Source: Wolbachia endosymbiont of Cimex lectularius (GTDB lineage: Bacteria; Pseudomonadota; Alphaproteobacteria; Rickettsiales; Anaplasmataceae). Taken from it: a stretch of DNA of 32,000 bases. Position numbers and translations under genes: made by a program. Location: positions 630,001 through 662,000 of the forward strand of contig NZ_AP013028.1 in the NCBI RefSeq assembly GCF_000829315.1, given 5' to 3'. Below the pieces are notes generated by a model. That model did no database searches, was not told the DNA's origin, and saw only the letters and a list, made by a program, of their open reading frames with translations. This document shows positions 10,270 to 18,095 of the stretch, one piece after another; the first letter of the stretch is position 1; each line of letters begins with the position of its first letter.

Positions 10270-10570
10270 GAAACGAAAAAATTACTTGACAAATTCCGCC
10301 GACACCCTTATCATAGAAATAAGGGTATTTCTGACTCAAAACTTGTTTTTGATCTGCAGCCTCAATGATAAAATTCAGTAAAAAACTCAGGGTATTTTTT
10401 GGCGGATTGTATCAAATTATAGCGGCTGCATGTCTTTTTCATTTTTTCTACATTCAGCCAAATCGTGCTTAAACTAAGCGTCAGCAAATTATTATAGAGT
10501 CAAAACTCGCCACTCGGGGTTCTTTTTGTTTTTTTTTATTTGGTAAATTTCTTAAATACTTATTACTAAA
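10270..10570 (+). repeat. Dispersed non-coding repeat, subtype D, with embedded promoter-like sequence
   Basis: TTGACA (10287-10292), 17 bp, TATCAT (10310-10315); ends CTCGGGGTTCTTTTTGTTTTTTTTTATTTGGTAAATTT. Confidence 0.8.
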
Positions 10571-10631
10571 ATAATATCCTGGATCCCAGTGCCAGCTACT
10601 GCTTATGAATTTCTTTATCAAACAAAAAGAT

Positions 10632-10661
10632 GCATGGTCATTATTTAAATAATGACCATGC
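10632..10661. repeat. Perfect 30-bp palindrome
   Basis: GCATGGTCATTATTTAAATAATGACCATGC is self-complementary over its full length. Confidence 0.95.
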
Positions 10662-11062
10662 GCTTTCAAAAGGGGCATATAGCACGTGTGCTAAAGTAGC
10701 ACTACGTGCATATATAAGTTGTTTAAAACAATCTTTTAGTAAACAAGCCCTAATGTATCACAAGGATTGTGATATGCGTCACAATAGTTGTGACATGAGT
10801 TGAAATGATTATGACATGAATTAACAGCATAAGGCATGTGTGCAGGCGTACAAGGTGTATGCACTGGAAAAACTGGTGCTGGTAAATGAGAAGTCATATA
10901 TTGTTGTTATAGTAAAAAACCATGAGTGTAAATCATAATAGTCCTTTAAAAAATAATATTAAATTATTATAAGTTAAAATGATTAAAAAATTAATAATTT
11001 TAATTTCAAATCTAGAATAACAGCTAATTTAGTTCCTCTTTTTACTTATATAATATCCATAT

Positions 11063-12772
11063 CTATTGTATCTTCACCAATTTTGCATATAGTCCATCTT
11101 TGCTTATTAGAGATTCATGAGTTCCTACTTCTTCTATTTCTCCGTGATTAATTACTATAATTTTGTCAGTTTTGAGTGCGGTTGATAGCCTGTGTGTGAT
11201 TATGATCGTTGTTCTGTTTTGCATTAATTTGCTCAGTGCTTTTTGTACGAAGTTTTCACTTTTGTAATCAAGGGCAGAGGTTGCCTCATCCAGTACTAAG
11301 ACTTGAGGATTTTTGAGTATGGCTCTCGCTATTATAATACGTTGCTTTTGTCCTTCGGAAAGTTTTAATCCTCTTTTCCCTACAAATGTGTCAAACTTAT
11401 CGGGCAGCTTGTCAATAAATTCCATCGCATAAGCATTGATGGCTGCTTGTCTCACTTCCTCATATTCGGCATCTGGTTTGCCATATAATATATTTTCCAT
11501 TATTGAACAAGAAAATATCATGTGATCTTGCGGCACTAAACCAAATAATGACCTGAGACTACTTAGCGCAATTGACTTAATATTATTCCCATCGATAGTA
11601 ACGCTGCCTTTGCTTGGATCATAAAAACGAAGCAGAAGCTTCAAAATGGTGCTCTTACCACTGCCAGATGGTCCCACAATTGACACTGCTTGGCCTGCCT
11701 CTATGGAAAATGATACGTTATTTAACGCTGGCTTACCAGGCCGAGATTCATAAAAAAACGTTATGCCGTTAAACGAAATTCCTTTTCGAACACTGCAAAC
11801 TTTTATAGGATCATCAGCATCTGCTATAGAGCTTTTCATATTCTTAAATTCAAATAAACGCTCTACTATCCCAAGACCCCGTTGTAAGTCACTGATATTA
11901 TCGCTCAGATTATTTACAGCTCCTGCTGCAAGCGCTGAATAAAATACAAATGAAGATAGCTCTCCAACAGTTATATTATTACTTAAGACTTCTTTAATAC
12001 CAAAAAAGATTAAAACGACCAGTGAACCTATCACACATGAGATAATCAAAGTTACCAAAATAGCGCGCAAGAGTACTAATCTTATGTATGATTTCGATAC
12101 TGAGTTTAGATGTTCCTTAAAACGGATTTTTTCATTTTCCTCTAATACAAACGACTTGATGGTTACTATGGATCTGAAATTTTCCTCACTAAGTGATGCA
12201 AGCTCACTCAGCTTACTCTGGGCAAAGCGTGCGTGATTGCGCACTTTTTTCCCAAGGGAAGTCATAATAATAAGTAGTATGGGTATTATCGCGACCGCAT
12301 ATGCAGTTAGATGCAGATCTGTATATAACAACATGGCAACACTACCAATCAAAATTACAAAATTTCGCAATATGGTGAGTAGGCTGCTATTTATTATCGA
12401 TTGTAACACAGAAGTATCAGTAATTAGTGCTGAGATGACATCTTGGACACCAGTGTTCTCAAAGAAACTTGGTTGCAAGTCAGTAATATTGCTATATAAG
12501 TCATATCTCATTCTTGCAATAACTTTTTCGCTGCCAATGCCAATGAAATACAATCTAATGAACGCAGTAAGAGAAACAGCTAAAACTATAAATATTGTAA
12601 CTACTAGTTTAGTAGTAAAGTCATGCTCTGCGCCAGAATTAATTATGCTGCTCAAACCCCTACCGAAAAGGAGAATCGTTAAAGCTGAAAATAAAACTGC
12701 AATAAAAGCTACAATGAAGTAATGTAGGTTGGGCTTTATATAGCAAAATAATTGCCTAATATTAGATCGCAT
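11063..12772 (-). CDS. ABC transporter ATP-binding/permease (MsbA-like exporter half-transporter)
   Basis: 569 aa; N-terminal membrane domain, Walker A GPSGSGKST, signature LSEGQKQRI, Walker B VLVLDEATSALD, H-loop IITHRL. Confidence 0.93.
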   Translation of the reverse strand: MRSNIRQLFCYIKPNLHYFIVAFIAVLFSALTILLFGRGLSSIINSGAEHDFTTKLVVTIFIVLAVSLTAFIRLYFIGIGSEKVIARMRYDLYSNITDLQPSFFENTGVQDVISALITDTSVLQSIINSSLLTILRNFVILIGSVAMLLYTDLHLTAYAVAIIPILLIIMTSLGKKVRNHARFAQSKLSELASLSEENFRSIVTIKSFVLEENEKIRFKEHLNSVSKSYIRLVLLRAILVTLIISCVIGSLVVLIFFGIKEVLSNNITVGELSSFVFYSALAAGAVNNLSDNISDLQRGLGIVERLFEFKNMKSSIADADDPIKVCSVRKGISFNGITFFYESRPGKPALNNVSFSIEAGQAVSIVGPSGSGKSTILKLLLRFYDPSKGSVTIDGNNIKSIALSSLRSLFGLVPQDHMIFSCSIMENILYGKPDAEYEEVRQAAINAYAMEFIDKLPDKFDTFVGKRGLKLSEGQKQRIIIARAILKNPQVLVLDEATSALDYKSENFVQKALSKLMQNRTTIIITHRLSTALKTDKIIVINHGEIEEVGTHESLISKDGLYAKLVKIQ

Positions 12773-12934
12773 CTTATTTCGAAGTTTCTAAGGCTAAGTA
12801 TATGGATTTTAGTATCAGGAGAAAGGAAAAAGGTATGGCTTTAGGTCTACTGATCGTACGGATGTTGTAATTTAACTCACAAAAAGGGCCAGTAGAGCTG
12901 GAAAACATTTTTGGATAGCATTCTTCTGATAATC

Positions 12935-13258
12935 TTATTCTGCCATAATCTTTTTTTCTTTTAGCAAGCTTTGCAGCTCGCCTTTTTCATACATCTCGCG
13001 AACGATGTCACAGCCACCAATAAACTCTTCCTTTATGTATAATTGTGGAATTGTTGGCCAATCAGAAAACTTTTTTATGGACTGACGTACTTCATCATTC
13101 TCTAGCACGTTGACGCATTTAAACTTTACATTCAAGTTTTTGAGAATTGACACGACAAGTCCAGAAAATCCGCATTGAGGAAAGTCAGAAGTGCCTTTCA
13201 TATAGAGCACCACATCATTTTCTGCTATATCTTTTTTTATTTGTTCAAAATTGTTCAT
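12935..13258 (-). CDS. grxD: Monothiol glutaredoxin, Grx4 family
   Basis: 107 aa; VVLYMKGTSDFPQCGFSG, WPTIPQLYIKEEFIGGCDIV. Confidence 0.95.
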   Translation of the reverse strand: MNNFEQIKKDIAENDVVLYMKGTSDFPQCGFSGLVVSILKNLNVKFKCVNVLENDEVRQSIKKFSDWPTIPQLYIKEEFIGGCDIVREMYEKGELQSLLKEKKIMAE

Positions 13259-13273
13259 AAGTTCACCTTAATT

Positions 13274-13492
13274 TTAAGCACCAGTTTCTAATTGCAATGC
13301 ATGTATAGACTGGCCTTCTAACGCCTTATATACCATTTTATGCTGCTCTATCCTTGTCTTTCCAAGAAAGCACTTGGAGGTTATTTTCAAATGATAGTGA
13401 TCATTATCTCCAGCAAGATCATTAACCTCTATATCAGCACCCGGAAATGATTGTTTGATGATTTTCTCTAATTCATGAATTGCGATAACCAT
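13274..13492 (-). CDS. BolA family protein
   Basis: 72 aa; LEKIIKQSFPGADIEVNDLAGDNDHYHLKI, FLGKTRIEQHKMVYKAL. Confidence 0.93.
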   Translation of the reverse strand: MVIAIHELEKIIKQSFPGADIEVNDLAGDNDHYHLKITSKCFLGKTRIEQHKMVYKALEGQSIHALQLETGA

Positions 13493-13552
13493 TAATTTAC
13501 TTTAAATTACAATACTTTTATTATAAATCTAAAATTACTTTGCGCAACTGAA

Positions 13553-14899
13553 TTATCGTGAAGACAATGAATTCAGCGTGCTGAGAGCACTCGCAAGACG
13601 AGATTTCAATTGATTTTCATATTTACCCCAATCCTGTATTGCTTTTTTGGCAACACCTGAATGCACTGCGGCTTTTGCAACTGCAGGAGAAACTATCGAA
13701 ATCAATCTTGGGTCAAATGGAGTAGGTATTATGTATTCACATCCATAGCTCATTTTACGACCACCATAAGCTGCAGATATCTCGTCAGGTACTGGCTCAC
13801 GAGCAAGCTTTGCTATTGCATTTGCAGCTGCAATTTTCATTTCGTTATTTATTGTTGTTGCATGTACATCAAGCGCTCCTCTGAATATATAAGGGAATCC
13901 CATTACGTTATTGACTTGATTGTTGTAATCTGATCTACCAGTTGCGATTATTGCATCCGGCCTTACGGATTTTGCAAACTCAGGCCTTACTTCTGGATCA
14001 GGGTTAGCAAGAGCAAAAATAATCGGATCTTTACCCATGCTCTTCAGCATCTCTTCGCTTAGCACATTCTTTGCAGACAGCCCAATAAATACGTCAGCGC
14101 CTTTTATTGCATCAAGTAGAGAACGTTCTTCAGTGTCAGTTGCATGCTTTTCCTTCCACTCATTCATGTCCTCTTTTCTGCCCCTATGTATTACTCCCTG
14201 TTTATCACACAGCACTATATTTTTAGCGCCCATAGACCTCAGTATTTCCAAACATGCAATACCGGCTGCTCCAGCTCCATTCATGATGATCTTAACGTCT
14301 TCTAATTCCTTTCCTGCAATATCAAGAGCATTTTCTATGCCGGCTGCAACAACCACTGCAGTTCCATGCTGATCGTCGTGGAATACTGGAATGTCCATCA
14401 ATTCGCTCAGGCGTTTTTCTATTATGAAACAATCGGGAGACCTTATATCCTCTAAATTTATCCCTCCCCAACTTGGTCCAAGATATCTCACTGCGTTGAT
14501 GAAATCTTCCACATTTTCTGTGCCAACTTCTATATCGACTGCATCGATGTCAGCAAAACGCTTGAATAAAACAGCTTTTCCCTCCATAACAGGTTTTGAA
14601 GCAAGAGGTCCGATGTTGCCGAGTCCAAGCACTGCAGTGCCATTTGAAATAACAGCAACACAGTTACTCTTTGCCGTATAATCATAAACTAGATCAGAGT
14701 TTTTAGCTATTTCAAGGCATGGAGCTGCAACTCCAGGAGAATAAGCAAGTGACAAGTCATACTGGGTAGATAAGGGCTTTGTTGGCAGGATAGATATTTT
14801 ACCAGGATTATTGCCTCCACTGTGATACTTAAGCGCTTCTTGTTTTGTGGTATAATCTAAATCGTCATTCATCATTATATCCTTATATTTTGAGCCCAT
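13553..14899 (-). CDS. NADP-dependent malic enzyme
   Basis: 448 aa; LAYSPGVAAPCLEIAK, AVISNGTAVLGLGNIGPLASKPVMEGKAVLFK, IPVFHDDQHGTAVVVAAG. No C-terminal phosphotransacetylase-like domain. Confidence 0.95.
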   Translation of the reverse strand: MGSKYKDIMMNDDLDYTTKQEALKYHSGGNNPGKISILPTKPLSTQYDLSLAYSPGVAAPCLEIAKNSDLVYDYTAKSNCVAVISNGTAVLGLGNIGPLASKPVMEGKAVLFKRFADIDAVDIEVGTENVEDFINAVRYLGPSWGGINLEDIRSPDCFIIEKRLSELMDIPVFHDDQHGTAVVVAAGIENALDIAGKELEDVKIIMNGAGAAGIACLEILRSMGAKNIVLCDKQGVIHRGRKEDMNEWKEKHATDTEERSLLDAIKGADVFIGLSAKNVLSEEMLKSMGKDPIIFALANPDPEVRPEFAKSVRPDAIIATGRSDYNNQVNNVMGFPYIFRGALDVHATTINNEMKIAAANAIAKLAREPVPDEISAAYGGRKMSYGCEYIIPTPFDPRLISIVSPAVAKAAVHSGVAKKAIQDWGKYENQLKSRLASALSTLNSLSSR

Positions 14900-15016
14900 G
14901 GCTAGTGAATTTTTAAGTATATGGAATTTTTATAAATGTTCAATTGTAAACTATTAGCTTGTGAATTGCATTCCATTCCTGTATAAGTTTACCATACCGC
15001 ACTAAAGTTACACTGC

Positions 15017-15559
15017 ATGTTTAAGAAAAACTTGCCTAATTTACTGACAATTTCTCGTGCGCTTGCAGTACCAGCAATAATATTAAGTTTTTATATAGAA
15101 AATAAATATGCAAACTTGATAACAATATCAATCTTTATATTTGCATGCATTACAGATTTTTTTGATGGTTACCTAGCACGTGCGTGGAAAGTCCAATCAA
15201 AATTTGGCAGGCTATTTGATCCAATTGCTGATAAATTAATAGTGGTTTCAACAATAATGATGCTGGTTTATAAGCATAAGATCAATGATTACACGATAAT
15301 ACCATCAGTTATCATCGTTTGTCGGGAGATATTGGTTTCGGGTTTGCGGGAATTTCCGATCGCTACAAACGTTAGCCTACCTGTAAGCAAAGCTGGAAAA
15401 ATTAAAACATTTCTGCAGATGCTTGCTGTGGTGGCACTAATAATGGACGACTACGAAATAACTCAATATATAGGTACAATTTGTCTGTGGGTTGCAGCCA
15501 TTATAACCATTTGGTCAGGCTATAATTATGTCATAGCCGGCATCAAGCAGATTGACTGA
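15017..15559 (+). CDS. pgsA: CDP-diacylglycerol--glycerol-3-phosphate 3-phosphatidyltransferase
   Basis: 180 aa; CDP-alcohol phosphotransferase motif DFFDGYLARAWKVQSKFGRLFDPIADK. Confidence 0.95.
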   Translation: MFKKNLPNLLTISRALAVPAIILSFYIENKYANLITISIFIFACITDFFDGYLARAWKVQSKFGRLFDPIADKLIVVSTIMMLVYKHKINDYTIIPSVIIVCREILVSGLREFPIATNVSLPVSKAGKIKTFLQMLAVVALIMDDYEITQYIGTICLWVAAIITIWSGYNYVIAGIKQID

Positions 15560-15665
15560 ATTCTTTGAAAAACAATTAATACACAAATAGTTAAGATTTC
15601 AATAAAATTGACTAAGTAATTGAAATCATGTATAATATACTAGTCCATAAGTTAGTTGGGTTTAT

Positions 15666-16574
15666 ATGACTAGTATCGTTAAGAAATCTTCTGATGTTGA
15701 TGAAAAAAAAAGGCGTGAACAAGAGTTATTAGCACTAAAAGAGGAAGCAGAAAAAAAACTCAAACAAGAACTATTAACACTGAAAAAAAGAGAGCTATAT
15801 AGACAATACGTGTCATTGGCAACAATGGCCCCATTTGCATTGCTGATGGCTGTTAAGCTGGAAAAAATATGTAGCGATCAGGTATTGCTTGGTGTTATAA
15901 GTGGTGCACTAAGCCACGCTATATTACCTTTTGCAGCTTTATCTCTTATTTGTACGCTATATTTAGTTTACAATAATAGGAAGATAGCTAAAAAGGAACA
16001 GGAATTAAAGGATCTTGAAAATGGCAAAGTGGTAGAAGAAGAGAAGAGAGATGTTCCTTATACCGTTGATGATTACCTTAACTACGCTGATGCTGCTTTA
16101 ACTACATTAGTTATTGTAGCTAGTATAGTTAGCGAAGCATTGGATCAAGGAATAATAGAAGATGTAGCCTTTTCAATTTCTAGCCTATTTTACTTTGTGG
16201 CAAGCGCTAATTTCTTCTATTGTGAGTACAAGAAGAGCAAAAAACATGAGGTAGACAAAGGGCAAGAGAATTCTAACCTTGATGAAAAATCTGAAAAAAA
16301 GGCTAACAATATGTCTGCTGCTAGTTTAATGTTTGCTGGTTTTTCTATAATGTTAATAAGGAGAATAATGTTAATAGCATTAGCATCATTCTTACATCCT
16401 GCTGTTGGACCCGCTTTGGGTTTAGTATGCATCACTCTTTTGATGGCAGGAAGTGGACTGATTGTACATCTTTATAAGAGAGAGTTAAAGAATGTAGAGA
16501 TCAGTGGAAAAGGTATGACAGGTGCGAGCAATGTAGAAGGAATAGATGGCCCAAACCAAGGACTGTTTGCATAA
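15666..16574 (+). CDS. Hypothetical membrane protein with an N-terminal coiled-coil-like segment
   Basis: 302 aa; Lys/Glu-rich N-terminus followed by several hydrophobic segments. Confidence 0.7.
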   Translation: MTSIVKKSSDVDEKKRREQELLALKEEAEKKLKQELLTLKKRELYRQYVSLATMAPFALLMAVKLEKICSDQVLLGVISGALSHAILPFAALSLICTLYLVYNNRKIAKKEQELKDLENGKVVEEEKRDVPYTVDDYLNYADAALTTLVIVASIVSEALDQGIIEDVAFSISSLFYFVASANFFYCEYKKSKKHEVDKGQENSNLDEKSEKKANNMSAASLMFAGFSIMLIRRIMLIALASFLHPAVGPALGLVCITLLMAGSGLIVHLYKRELKNVEISGKGMTGASNVEGIDGPNQGLFA

Positions 16575-16575
16575 C

Positions 16576-16620
16576 TTAAACTAAGCAGAAAAACAGGCAA
16601 AGAAGCCCCGTGGTGGCTAG
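16576..16620 (-). repeat. Orphan 3' tail of the dispersed repeat family
   Basis: Minus strand reads CTAGCCACCACGGGGCTTCTTTGCCTGTTTTTCTGCTTAGTTT, resembling the tails at 17756-17800 and 6290-6330; no associated promoter half seen here. Confidence 0.65.
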
Positions 16621-16656
16621 TTATTGATATTTACCTCAAAATACATCAGTGTCTAT

Positions 16657-17633
16657 TCAGCCAAGTGGTTTGAAATTAACTTGTACCTCTTCTTTAAGTT
16701 GTGCAACTTCAGCTCTAGGAAGACCAGTAGTTTGGGCTATGATATCAATAGAAACCCCTACTTTAAGTAGGTTTTTAGCCACAGCAATTTTAGCCTGTTT
16801 TTCGCCCTCCTCTCTCCCTTTCGCTCTACCTTTTTGATGACCGATGAGGATGCCTTCTTCCCTGCCGATTTGGATGCCTTCTTGTCTGCCTTTTTCAGTA
16901 GCATCATCAAGTTTTTGAGCGAGGACAGCTTTCTCATCACGAATACGCTTGATCTCTTGCTCGTAAGCTATAAATTCTTTTTCTGACCAGTTGAATCTAT
17001 TTAGCTCCTCATATGCTTTTTTGATTATTACGTCACTTCCTATTATTCTTTCCAATTCCCTTTCACTAGTTTCTTCCGCATACTTGAAGAAGTAGACCCA
17101 TTTTTCAACTATACTCTCTAATTGATCTTCCTTCGTTTTCGGAAATTTTGGCAGTTCAATAAATGTAAAATAAAAATCTTTTAGATCATGTTCATTGGTA
17201 TCCTCATCCCGAATAGTGTGCTTTGATTTATACTCAGACTTGTCAGGGAATAAGATACAATCGGCAATGGCGATAAAGATAATTTCTTTAAGGTCTTCAT
17301 ATTGATCGCCTTTATTAGCCTGTCTTGAATACGCTTTAGCTGCATAGTATTGAGCACGTTTTTTAAAGCCTTTAGTTTTAGCGACTGCATTTCGACTATC
17401 ACTTGCACCCCATTTTCATCTCTGCAGAGAACATCAACAATGCTTTGCTTTTTGGAGGCAATTTCAGCATCTTGAATAGTGCTGAGAAACTCTATTTCTT
17501 TTATTTCATCCTTGCCAGTAAAGTCCAAGATATCATTGAGAAAATGAATGAGGATGTCCTTATTTTTTTCAGTGCCAAAGATACGACGAAACGCTACATC
17601 ATTTTTAGGGTCGAGAAATTTTGAAAAAGCCAC
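16657..17633 (-). pseudogene. Rpn-family recombination-promoting nuclease / putative transposase (PD-(D/E)XK), frameshifted
   Basis: MAFSKFLDPKNDVAFRRIFGTEKNKDILIHFLNDIL... through IVDVLCRDENGVQVIVEMQ; the frame breaks near 17385, then resumes as (V)AKTKGFKKRAQYYAAKAYSRQANKGDQYEDLKEIIFIAIADCILF... into the 16657-17055 ORF. Confidence 0.88.
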
Positions 17634-17753
17634 GACTACAATGCTTAAAAATATTAATAATTATACACAATTCTGTAGAAATATTCAATCTTTTTGTTTC
17701 GGATGTATCGATCTACGAACCCAAGCCTCATCTTGCATTGCAATTATATTAAA

Positions 17754-18063
17754 AAATTTACTAAGCAGAAAAAAAGACAAAAGAAATCCCGTGGTAGAAG
17801 TTGCTCACTTTCTAATCCTGCAAATTGGCGTACTATACTGTCTTGAACGACTTATAAGCGCGTTTCAGCTTGTATAGGGAAAAACCTAGAATTCTAGGTA
17901 AAATTAACAAAGACATGAGGTGCACATAGTGCAAAAAATTAAACATAAGACGCCAACCGTGATACTTTCGTCGTTTAACCTGCACAGATTGAAGCTAAAT
18001 GAATAGCTTCATTACTATGATAGGGGGATTGACGAAGGTTGTCAAGTAGTTTTTTTTGTTTCA
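17754..18063 (-). repeat. Dispersed non-coding repeat, subtype A-like, with embedded promoter-like sequence
   Basis: Minus strand TTGACA (18045-18040), 17 bp, TATCAT (18022-18017); shares CTATACAAGCTGAAACGCGCTTATAAGTCGTTCAAGACAGTATA with the copies at 6.2 kb and 21.7 kb. Confidence 0.85.
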
Positions 18064-18095
18064 TCCAACGCACTACTAAAAGCTATGCAAGAAGT

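Noticed and set aside
10481-10678. 65-aa minus-strand ORF
   Set aside because: Lies over the tail of a dispersed repeat and the 30-bp palindrome; its sequence is explained by those elements.
12237-12722. 161-aa plus-strand ORF opposite the ABC transporter
   Set aside because: Entirely antisense to a well-supported CDS, with the composition of a shadow ORF.
13661-14681. Three plus-strand ORFs (13661-13933, 14037-14372, 14391-14681) opposite the malic enzyme
   Set aside because: Antisense shadow ORFs of a conserved enzyme.
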